Assembly (NCBI GenBank): GCA_036172245.1
Contig: JAYWIR010000005.1
Location: forward strand, 4,526,001-4,590,000
DNA length: 64,000 bases
Direction of reading: 5' to 3'
From: Raillietiella orientalis
Taxonomy: Eukaryota
Part shown: one piece after another, positions 48,000 to 58,900 of the stretch
Numbering within the stretch: the stretch's first letter is position 1
Layout: the number at the start of each line of letters is the position of its first letter
Position numbers and translations under genes: made by a program
The notes under the pieces: model-generated
What the model saw: only the letters and a program-made list of their open reading frames with translations
Told to the model about the DNA's origin: nothing
Database searches by the model: none

Positions 48000-49560
48000 A
48001 TGCCCAGCGTGTTGCTCTGCGCGGCGAACCCTCGCTCGGGAGCACCCGGACCAGGGAGTGCCGCCCGGCAAAGAAGAAGGAAAAAAAGAACACGCCATCC
48101 TCTTCTGCAGATGCATCCTTACTGAGGGCGACTCCTTCCCCGAATGTTGCCAGGCAGCGGTTCGGCCCAATGTGATTCGGCCAGGGAGGCAGACTCATCG
48201 CGTGCCGAAGCCTAGTTACGGGGAAACCGTCCGCTCAGTTGCGTGCGCCCTGACACGTGCGCCCGCCTCCTCCAGCGAGAGACGCAACCGCCCTCCTTTC
48301 TTTCGCCCTTCAGCCGCGCCATCCTCTGGAGTAGAAGCAAATCTTCGACAATCGCTCCGTTCTACGAGATCCTCCCGAGACGTCTCCATGGAGGCGTGTG
48401 AAGGGGCGGCGAACATTCGGCGTGTCCCCACGCACCCGCAGGAAGCGCGGCGGGGGATAGGGAGAGGAGAAGGAGTCTGCTCAGCTGCCTCCCCTTCCAG
48501 GAAGGAGACAAATTTCCGGTTCGCGTCTCGGGAAAGAGGGGGGGGCTCCAAAGGCGAGCTTATGCCTCGGGGGTCCGGATGGACCCGGGACGAAGGAAGA
48601 AGGGAAGCGGCCAAAGTGCCCCACAGGGTTTCTGACGAAGGTGGAGTTGGATCGGCAGCCAAGGCAGCTGGGGGGGATTAAGGGGAGTGAGAAGGGGGGC
48701 GTAGAAATCCCCCGAGTCGAGAGTGCAACCCAGAGGGCTGTGCCACCCGTTGCTGAGGGTTTGTTCCACCCAAAACCTGGCGTCCGGGACTGGGCTCCGC
48801 CTGTTCTATCGCGACGTCTGACCTGCGAGAAGGGGGAGATCGAGGAGAATTTCTGGAAGTCCTGTTCTCAACGGGGAGTGGACGGATGACTCTGTCCAGG
48901 GAGCGATCGAGGGGACCGAGAGCACCCTTTAAGCCGCTCGCACGTCGGCGTTTCCAGTGCTGCAGCTTTTACAGCCGGAAGTGGAGGACTCCATTGGCGG
49001 CGCGCATCGGAGCACTCCCTGGAGGGAAAGGAGCAGGGAGGAACTTGCACATCACGAAGGAGGAAACGCGAAAAGGAATGCCTAGGAAGCACCTAGGCAG
49101 GAATGGGAGTAGAAGGAGCTTTCCTTTCGACCCTCCACCCACAGCAACCGGAGACCAACTTCCGGTTCGAAGGCTACCCGGAATGCGGTCAAGGGAGGGT
49201 TTCCCTCCACTTCCGCTGTGCCAGAGGGCATCTTTCCCTCCGAGGCATCGTGCGCGTGAGCCTTCGTGGTCCTATCTTCTGATACTCCAGCACAGGGAAT
49301 CTTCGGAACCCTGAGATTTGGGTCGCCTTTGGAGAAAAGAGTTCGTTCCTCTTGGTGACGTCAGGATATCAAGACAGAATCGCTTCCTTCGACCCTTCGC
49401 CTGCCCACAATCCCTCTTCAGAAGGTGGACCCTTGCAAGAGCGGCCATCACGCGTCAGCCTTGCGAGGTCCGCCCTACTGCCGAAGGGACCAGCGAGTCT
49501 CTGTAAAGGTCGGCGGACTCGTCCCAGAGGAGTGGGACGAGCCCGTTTACCGCTCCCAAG
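48000..49560 (+). mobile_element. Decayed LINE post-RT/CCHC fragment
   Basis: 'RVPKPSY', 'THPQEARRGIG' (P..GGLG), 'QLPVRRLPG...PLPLCQRAS..RH' (zf-RVT). Confidence 0.55.
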
Positions 49561-49611
49561 AGGCGGCCGTCCTTGCCCGCCCTTCTGGAGTCTTTGAGAT
49601 TAGATTCTTGA

Positions 49612-51822
49612 CACCCCACCCCACCCCACCCTCTTCAACCTCTGCCTGGACAAGAGGACAGGTCTGACCTCTGTCCTCATGTCTTGAAAACGGTCCCAAA
49701 GGGTCGGAGGAACCGTTCCAGCTAGTACAAATTCCAGCACTCTGAACGCAGGATAGGGCGACGCAGCGACCTAGAGCCGAAGGGCAGCCCGCCCGTTGAC
49801 AGGATTGCCGACGGCGGGGTAACCGGCGGGGTCTCCCGCCGCGGCCACGCGCTTTCCTGACGGTGGTAGGTCCGTCGTCGTGTACCGCGGATGCTGCTCC
49901 GCTTCTTCCGCGGTCCCTCCCCTCCCTTCCTTCCTGCCAAGACTCGATGCAAGACGCGGCGATCCGGGCAAGAAGTCGGGGAAGCCGCGGGGGCTGCCCC
50001 GGAGGCCTCCCTCGTCGGCGGCGCTGGGCACGCAGGGCGCTCTCGCGCTGAACCCGAGAATGCCTCCGGCGACAGGAGGGCTTCCGTCCTTCCGCTGTTG
50101 TCGACACCTCGTTTCGCCTTTTTCGGAATGCCAAGCCACTCGTTTACCATCGTTCCATGGAAGCAAGGAAGAGGAAGTCTCCCCCTTATCCTGCGAATTC
50201 CCGAAATTTGCTTTATTTCTTTCTCTATTTATTAAGGAGGGCTTTCATTTGTTTACGTAGTTAGTTTGCAATTTCGAGGGCGCACGCGAAGGGCGAGGGG
50301 AAAGGTGGCCCGTCATTCTCGCAGCTCGCCGACCGCGGCTCTGAAGACGGACCAACCAGCCTTGGGCTGGAGCGTCTGGCGGCTCGGCTTGGGACGCGAC
50401 GTCCAGCTTCGACACCGTTTCCTCTCCGGTCAAGTGAGCTCCACTCCCTCTCACGCAGGGGAATCGGAGGGTGCAACTGCCTAGTGGGCGACGTTCGGCC
50501 GGGGGGTCTCCGCACCGGCAGACCTTCGAGGACGCTTCCTCAAGTTCGTTGCCGCCTTCGCGCGAGCATCGCGTGTTCTCAAGCGCTAGCCCTCCGCCCC
50601 GAAACGCCTTCGGGCGGGCGGACCCCTTCGACTTGCGAACTCCTAGCGCCTCTGCACTGCGCCCGGCTAGGGGTTGCAGCCGACACGTCAGCGGGACACG
50701 CCTGCAGAGGTGCCCTTCGCGAGCAGCCCCCGCTCCGCCTGCTCTTCGAGAGAAGAGCGTGGCCAGCCGACCATCGGAGGACGCCCTCTCGGAGGACACG
50801 TGAGCGTTCTCGTGCCGGTGTTTTCTTGTTCTCCCGAACCAGCCGGTGTATGTGTTGAGGTATTTTGTTGTATTGTAGGTTTTATTCATTATTATGGGAG
50901 AGGGTTACGCTCGGAGGCGCTCCCGAAGTGACACGTCCCGACCTGATCTCGTCTTCCTGTTCGGTGCGCCGGGAGATGCGAGTCGACGTCCGGCATCCGG
51001 CGACCTCCAGACGCCAGACACCATTTCTCGCGGGGCGCGCGCGATGGTGGGCGAGGACAGTGCGCCTCCGTGCGGATGGCTGCGGGCGATGGTGCCGGCA
51101 GCGCGGTTCGCGGCTCGCATCCGCCTGCGCGTCCTCAGGCTGCTCCTCCGTCGGCTGGAAATCGGGGGCGGCGTCCGGGAAGCGGGACGCTTCCTGGTCC
51201 GGAAGCTCCCGAGAAAAGGTTTCCCGTGCGGCGCGCGCTGAGGGCATTCGATCTGTGACAGAGAGGAGCGGCCCAGGGGACGCAACCAGGGGGAGGCGGC
51301 CGGCTCGCGATGGGATAGGGTGCGCGGTGGGCGCGGGAAGAGAAAGAGGAGGAAGCGGAGCGCAGGTCACTGGTGTGGAAGGGCGTGCCGCGCGCGCTGT
51401 AGGCTCTGCTCCGAGGTCGCTTCCCGGACCGGACCGGTTCATCGGATTCCGGATGGGGCAGAAGGGTCGCCGGATGCCGACTTCGCCCTTCGCCGACCTG
51501 GGCTGCTCGAGTCTGCCGTGCCCGCGCATTCTGGTCGCGCCCCCGCGCTCCGGAATGCGCGGACGGGTGCGCCGGTCCCGAGGTGGCCGGAGTGGGGTTA
51601 GTACTTTCGGCAAGGTGGGTGCGAGGTCCTGCAACATCCCGGGTGCGCGTGCGTTCGGACAGGAGCGTCGCCTGAGGGTGTCCCTCACGACGTGCTGGGT
51701 GTTTTGGTGAGGCGGCATCTCTTCCGAGGAGGACACCGGGTGGAATCATTTGTCCTCGCGCTCTCGTAAGGTCTTTCCGTAGTCCCCGCATCTGGTAGCC
51801 CCCACCTGAGCGCGGTGGAAGG
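49612..51822 (-). repeat. Large inverted repeat IR1, right copy
   Basis: Reverse complement of 11,230-13,442. Confidence 0.98.
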
Positions 51823-52820
51823 CGGAACGAGCGACCTTGCGTGTCCACTGTGAACTGGAATGAAAGTTGCCCACGGAAGCGCTCGCTCGCTGAAACCTAA
51901 CACCCCTTTCCAAGCGTTCGTAGGGTAAAGGAGGAAGGGGTGCTGGTCTTGACTTCCTTGCTCTCGTCGCTGGGTTCCGTCATCCGTTTTGCGTCTTCCA
52001 GCGAAGCTGACTGGCAGCCGGGCGTTCCCGAGGGCATTTCCGGAGTACTCGTTTCCTGAGCGGCTGCTCTCTCCAAGGAGGGGCGAAGTTAGTAGGGCCG
52101 GTAGGTTTGCAAGCCCCGTGGAATCTCGCGAAGGAGAGGGAGGGAGAGTTGCGTCGGTTGTGCGCTGTCCTTTCTAGGTCGGAGGTCTACGAGTGGAGGT
52201 GGGCAGGGCAGGAATCGTAGGGACTAGTGGCTGCTGTCCTTCCACCCTTCCGCTCTTGCTGCCCCTATTTTGGCGGGTTCCTTTGCAGAGCGCTCTCCAG
52301 TGTGCACTTGAGGGAAGCTTAGCGGCGTCCTACAAGGACGAGAGAACAGTATTGCAGTCCCTGGTTCTCGGTGGCCGCCTCTGCGACGGGCAGACTCTGG
52401 ATTTCTCCGCTGGTTGCCCCGAGACGGCAGCTCTGGAGGTTCGAGTCGCCTCTTGGAGGAAGCCTTCAGGGGCTTCCGGAAGCCTGCGCTCAGAAGGGGG
52501 AGAAAGTGCAAAGCTAGGGAACCCTCGCTCTCCACCGCTCGCCGGACATGCCACCGAACCTCCCTGCCCATCGCTCCAGAGAAGGAAGGGGTCGACCATC
52601 GCGCTTGATGGATGGAGCGCCCATTCGTTCCGTGGCTCGGGCGATGGAACTGCCAAAATAGCACAGAAACCGCTTGGCCCTTGCGCTGCTTTCCGCACGT
52701 GAGCGCCAACGTTCTTAATGATGCGCCGATCATCAATGGAGAAGAGCTGACCTCGTAGGGTGTGTCCGCCGGCTTGACTGGGGAGTCGGACGCGGAACCG
52801 CCACCGCGAAAGACTCACGC
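50880..52820 (-). mobile_element. Decayed LINE crossing the IR1 outer boundary
   Basis: 'QLFSIDDRRIIK', 'GGERGFPSFALSP' and 'LLYPTNAWKGVLGF' (L..P..GGLG, ~51,930-51,890) lead directly into the zf-RVT-like segment inside IR1. Confidence 0.5.
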
Positions 52821-53042
52821 TAGGCTACGTGTGCTTGCATGCGTGCGTGCATGTGTGCGCGCAAGACGCCTGCGTGCTTTTCTCCCTGTGAGGACCCCTC
52901 CTTCAAGCGCTGCTGCACTCAAGACGCAAGAGGGTTCCAGGTCTCCCGGTGCTTCTTGACTTCCGTCCTTTCACTTTCGCTTCCCTGATGGAGATGTTCT
53001 CCAGAGTGCTCGATTCCTGCTGTTACTAATGGGAAAGCCCCT

Positions 53043-53071
53043 CCCCCCCCCCCCAAAAAAAAAAAAAAAAA
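53043..53071. repeat. C12-A17 homopolymer junction
   Basis: Read directly. Confidence 0.95.
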
Positions 53072-53099
53072 TCAGGGGTTCGCTTCTACCTAATGGGGT

Positions 53100-54930
53100 G
53101 TTCCGGGACTCTTTTCCTGGACCGTTTACTCCGGGATCCTTGGAATCGTGAACCAAGCAGCCGCCTTCCGGGCGGGAGAGGAGGCGTCTAACGCGCTTGT
53201 CTGCCTCTCCCCAAGCAAACGTCACGGCGGCGGCCGGGCAGGGCGGTGGATGGAAGCGGGGGAAATGAGGGGCGAGCGAGATGGGAGCGGAGCAGAGCAG
53301 CAGCAGAGGAGAAAGAAGGGAGAAACCGAAGGCCCGCCCCCTCCCCCCGACTCCTCGCACGCGCGATTCACTGACGGAAGCTGCTTGGCAGCGCCTTCCG
53401 GAAGAAGCTGGAAAGGAGAGCAAAGAAAAGGAGGAGCCGTGTGCAGGGAGTACTTGTTTCCGCGCCGAGTACCACGTGGGCTGCTTGAGAACGAGGGACT
53501 AGCCCCTGCACAGCCGAGGGCGAAGGAACGACTGCTCTGCAGGAACGACGAGGAGCGCGCAAAGGCGGTCAGTCTCCAAGGAGCTCCGGTGGAGTAGACT
53601 GGAGAGTCAAGTTCCACCCGGTCAGGGAGGAAAGCAGAGAGGCAGTCGCCGCGGGAACAAACAGCTCCACTTCCCAGCTCCGTCTTTCTCGGAGGCGCAC
53701 GCGAGGATCCCCTTCGGCTACCTAACGAGCCGTTGACCGGGGAGACTATCACTGTTCTTGGAAGTGCCGTGTGCCAAGAGAGCTGGTCACAGGGAACGTC
53801 CAGGTGTTTTCCCCTGTTCTCTTCCTCGCCCTACTCTTCCTGTCCGCGTTCTCCCAGGTGTCCTTGAGGGAGCTGCTCTCAGTAAGTGCTTGAGGTGAGT
53901 TTAACAACTTCCCTCAGCGCCCTCATTGGCAGGGACTGCGTGACTGCAGGTCTCCGCTCGTGGCACCACGCATCACAGTTTCGAATTCCGTCCGGGGTAA
54001 GGATCCACGCCGAGGACGAGGGTGCTCCGTGGGGTTTTTAGTTCTCCCCCGCATGATAACGGCGGTTGGCCTGTTCTCGGGTGCGGTAGCCCTGGTGGAA
54101 ACCGGATGCCCCATTGACTGGCCGTGATTGGAAGTTGACCATCCAGGGTCCTTCCAGGGATCAAAAAGCCCTTCGGAGGTATCCTCCGGTTGTGAAAATT
54201 GGGCCGTCCCTTAACCCCATGGCGGCCTCCATCGAGTACCATGGAGCTGGCTGATACCCCCTTTGGGGGTTACCTCTTCAGAGTGGTGCAGCAGCGTGCT
54301 GCTCCCTTCGGGGAGCGCCCTTTAGAGAAATTTGGGAAGCATTAATTCGGGGTTCTCTTCAGAGGAGGAAACCAGGAGCAGATACGAGGGATCCCTCCGG
54401 AAAACCAGTCTCCTACGCTTCGGGGCTCCCTCCCAAGCGTAGGAGGAACGGACTCCTTCCTCCGGAGTCTCCTGGATTCATAGGGTGGTCCCTCCGGGGT
54501 CACCCCCTAACTTGAAGAGCCACACGCACCCCCGGGTGAGAACGTGAACATCGTCATAGAGCTTCGTGACCTCCCCCCCCCCCCCAAGGAGGCGAATGGT
54601 TCTTTAGCACCCCTTCAGAACCAGGAAAAAAAAGCTGGGAGGAAAGCAGCGAGGGGAGAATAGCCCCAAAGGATCCCCATTACCAACCCTTAAGTTGACG
54701 CGTGGAAACCCTGCAAAAGCATAAGGACAGCAGCTCCTCGGAGACTCCTCGACCCGCAAGTGGGCCAAGTCGAGGGCATCCCTCTCGACGGGCTGACGCT
54801 CACCTCTGCCATCTCCGGGCAAGGCAGGCAGGGAATCGGCGATGGCGATGCGCGTGACCTGGGCGAGCGCGAGCAGCCAGAGGCTGGTCCAGCCTGAAGA
54901 GACTGGACTGGCTCAGCAGCTGCTGCCACG
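53100..54930 (-). mobile_element. LINE RT to 3' region, family B copy 2
   Basis: 'EPVQSLQAG', 'DALDLAH', 'RVGNGDPLGLF..FFLVLKG' (QGDPLS..LF), 'TKLYDDVHV'; inverted similarity to 63,460-64,000. Confidence 0.7.
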
Positions 54931-55849
54931 CACCCGCGTGGCCAACTCTGCAGGTGGTTCTGCAGCCACTCACTGCGTGTCCATGTGAAAACGATGTCAG
55001 ATGCGCTGCGCTTTTGCTGGCAGCAATTGACAGCTGCGTGTTTTGGTGACTTCTTTTGGAAGTGATTGTTTTGTGTGAGGAGGAAAGGGAGGCGGGGGAA
55101 ATGTGCTTTTACATGTGTTTTAATCAGCTCATTCGCGGGGAGTCCATTTCAGGAAGACTCTTTGTCCATCTCCTCCTCCTTGTGAAGTCTTCCTAGAGGA
55201 TCCTTCGACACGGATGTTTTCCTTCCTGACGGCGGATCTCTGGGACGGCGGTCCCTGATCTGCGAAGTGCAATGAGAGGAAGACGGACCTCGCTAACTTC
55301 CTGGGACCATCTGCAGCTGCTCCAAAGGCATGCGCGACGGAAGGTTCACAGCGTGTCTTCGGGAACCTCAGTCCAGAGTTCCTTCCCGGAAGCATCCCCC
55401 TTCCTCGGTTCTGAGATCCGTTCGACATCGGCAGGAGAAAAGCCACGACCAAAAGGACCAGAGCCATTTTGAGGCTGCCCTCAACGCTTGTGCATTCCAT
55501 CGAAGGCGACCGTTCTCCGGATGAGATGCCGACCCCGAAAAGACAGAAAAGTACCAGACAAGCGCGTGCCGAGCGCTCGCTTGATAAATGGAAAAATCAT
55601 TTGCAGCATCGCGCATTCCTCCCTCCCCCGTCCCTTCCTTGTTTCCTTCTTAACGCGACTCTCAAGGTCGTTCCATACTTGGCCAGGTTCTGCTTTATTT
55701 TATTTTTCATTTCTCTCCACTTTACTGAGGCGCTCTGCCAATGGCGAGTTGATTCACGCTCTTCGGCTACACCCGACTGCGGAGTTTTTTTTCCTTTTCT
55801 TCTCTTGAGCACACGCGGCGCGGGCGGCGCGTGCGCGTGGCCAAATTTG

Positions 55850-56800
55850 CTAACCGTTCGATGGGCTCCCAGTGATGAACACGGGGAGTGCATCGTCCCA
55901 TGCATTACCCTGCAAATTTTTCTGGTCCGCTGGAGCAACGATAGGAGGTGTTCCCGAGCTGATAGCGGCTCAAGGGGAACGAACGCTGGAGCGCCTTCTG
56001 GTGTAGGAGGAGTCGCCAGAAACAAGGAGTGCGCCCCCACACGTCGGGGGAGGCCAGGAGAAGCAGCGGCCTTGCGAGCGCAGCTCGAGAATACCACGCG
56101 CGCCTTTTTGTCTCGCAGGCAAATCACTCGTTCGATCACCAACGTGGCCGTCTCTGCCCATCTGCACCAAAAGGGTTTCGCTGGCAGGCTCCAAGCGGGC
56201 GCTTTCTCAAGAACATCCCACCTGGGTGAGCTCTCCAGGTTCGGACGGGGGAACCCGGGAATCATTTGCGGAAGGCGGCCATCAATCACGTTCCTCGAGA
56301 GAGCGTTTCTTGCGCCTCTCGACATAGCGAAACTACCGGGAGACTGCTGTGAGGCCTCCGGACGTGTGCGCATGGGGTCCGTTCGTCTACTCGAGGCGAT
56401 TTGATCGCTCTCAAAGCTGAAGGACCAGTCTGAAAGACTCGCCTGCTCTTCGCGAGAAAGGGAAAATCATGAGCATCCCCAGGAAAAGGAAAGAGCTGCT
56501 TCCATCTCGGACGGATCGAAATGTATCATCTTGGCATCTGATGCGCCTTTGTCGAGTCGAGTGAAGTCAAGCAGCGGTGCCGCTGAGATCGTGTGATGCT
56601 GGAGGAGAATCGATTGTTCTGGAGTTTCGTCGGTTTGCCTGTGCAAGTTGAGGACAGAACGACGGAACCAGACTCGGCATGTCCAACCTCTTTCTCTGCA
56701 CGGTTCCGCGATGGCACACGTGTCGGAGCATCATCATTCTACACGTACAGCGCTTCAGAAGGGAGGCTGTCCCCAAACGTCGAATAAGCTCAAGAATCGT
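55850..56800 (+). mobile_element. Decayed LINE RT fragment
   Basis: In ORF 55469..56404: 'RAFLSRRQITRSI', 'GRLQAGAFSRTSH', 'GRVRMGSVRLL'. Confidence 0.5.
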
Positions 56801-57749
56801 CGCTGCTAGGATCGCGTAGCAAAATGCTTTTTTTTTTTTTTTTTCTTTTTTGTTGTTGTTGTTTGTCTGTTTGTTCTCGGATGAAAATGGACGTAAGGAA
56901 CGAGTTTTGCTCTGCATTCCTACCCATAGGAGAGCAGCATGCTCTCCGCCCACTCGGGAGGAATCCTCATCGCTAAACGAAGAACGTTCGCACGTTCGCT
57001 GCTTCGGAGAACTTTCCGGAAAACACCGGCGGATCTTCGCGAACGCGGCGCGCGTACGCGCGTGCAGGACGCGCTTCTCGGGGAAGGTCTGCGCGTCCGC
57101 TCAAAAGTAAAATCTCGCCATCTCTTGGGGAATCTGTGAATCTCTCCGCGTTCAAGATTCACGGGGCGATCGATTTTCAAAATAATTTAATATGCAGCCA
57201 TTTGCAGAGATCACTTTGCTTCAATTTCTGCACGCAACTTTGTTGGATGATCAAAAAGCAATGTATTCTCATCACGCCACATTTTCCAACGCAAGTCGAA
57301 AAACTGCTGATTGAATTGAAGTACGAAAGCCATTTCGAAAAACAGGGGAAAAAAAAGGACGGAACTTAGGGGGGCAGAGCAGATTTGGGAAGCGTGTTCT
57401 AAAAACTTTTGCCCCGCGCACGCTCCAAGGGAAGGCATTTCGCGCAAAGCTGTGTTCACGGAGTCTGGCAAGCCTGCGTTCGCTTCCGAGGCCGCACCAG
57501 CAGCGCCAGGGTAATCCTGGAGCCGCGTGAGCTGACAGCTCCGTCACTTCGTACACCTCGGGATGAATCATGAAGTCGAACACACAAAGAGAACTTTAAT
57601 CCTCATCAAAATTCGCATTCTGCCAAGATCAACCTTGAACCCCAGAGTTAAACTGCTGTCGTGAAAGGTTTAAACCCGCGGAAAACTCCGGGAAATCAAG
57701 AGCTCTTCTAAAAAAAGAAGAAGACAAAAGGAAATATTATTTTTACTTT

Positions 57750-58900
57750 CGACTTTTTTCATTTCGAAGCCTCTTCATCCTTACCACATCCTGTGGGATC
57801 GACGGGCAAAGGTGCATGCGTATGAACAAACGCAAGCTGTGGGCGCACATGTTCATGAGTGTACAGAAAATGCCTCCGTAATAAAAGTTGGAAATCATGG
57901 GGTGCATTCCCAGAATACTGGGAGGCGTGCTTCTGTACACAGGATGACTGCGCGTTTACTGCTTCTGGGAGGACACCTCCAATCGCAAAATTCCCTTCGA
58001 GAAAGCAAACATCTCTCAGAGGCGGGGAAAGACTGGGTTTTTTTTTTTCATCATCTAAAAAATGATATTTGTACACAGAAATCAACGTCGCGTTCTTTCA
58101 GCTCCACTGCTTCAGGGTTTATTAAAAGACTTAAATTCTGTCTGGACGTTACGTATAGGACAGGCTGCGCACTTGAAAAGTTCATTTGTTCTCCGACAGG
58201 CTCTGCATCGAATCAGGAAAAACCAGGAGCCACTCTTAGAAGCCCGCGACATCCACTGCTATTGAATTCCATAGCAGAAGATTTGCAAGGTGTCTCCGTG
58301 CTTCCAGACGAAGTGTTTCAGCAAAATGAGAAAGGCAGACAAAGGGGACAGGCGAAAAACGTGGATGGAGCAAAGCGTTTCCCTGACCTGGCACACATTT
58401 CATGAGGGTGTCCATCATTCCACAGGACGTCTCCATGGGGTAAACCAATCGTCAGTCTCTGCAAAGACAGGAGTTCCGTGGGAGCTCTGCTTTGGTCAAA
58501 TGTGCAAATGAAGAATTCCCGAGGAAGGGTCCGTATCACTGAATTGTACATGAGATACGCGGTACGCGAGAGATTTTCCCGAATCCATCTGCTGGATGGG
58601 AGAGGTCGTGCTGCGTGCTCGTCGCTGGAACGTTTGCTTGACCCAATTAAAGCATCCAAACAACAGCTGTCTGTGAGACCAGACAACGCAATCGTTCCCC
58701 GTGATAGGGAGAAAACTTGGGAAGCCTTCTTGGTTCCCAGCTCAAATCAGCTCTGTTTGCCTGCGAAAGTAACTTCCCTGTTGTGTGAAACTGATCGTGA
58801 AAATCGATTCACAAGGATCTTCCCATTCCCTTTACGCAGAGATGCCACTGTGAAATCTCTCTCCCGCCTGTTCTTTCCGTAACCTCTTCTCTTCGAAGAG
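57750..58900 (+). mobile_element. Decayed LINE endonuclease/linker
   Basis: 'GVHSQNTGRR...LLLLGGHLQ' (VYAP...GGDFN), 'RSFSS..IKRLKFCL', 'FSRIHLLDG'. Confidence 0.5.

Noticed and set aside
11230..51822. IR1 as terminal inverted repeats of a 40-kb Polinton, giant transposon or endogenous virus
   Set aside because: The repeat is made of LINE fragments and its outer ends are ragged and most diverged. No TSD is seen, and no integrase, polB, capsid or transposase lies inside.
55469..56404. Longest ORF (311 aa) as a functional protein
   Set aside because: The N-terminal half crosses low-complexity T-rich DNA and the C-terminal half is an eroded RT fragment lacking catalytic residues.
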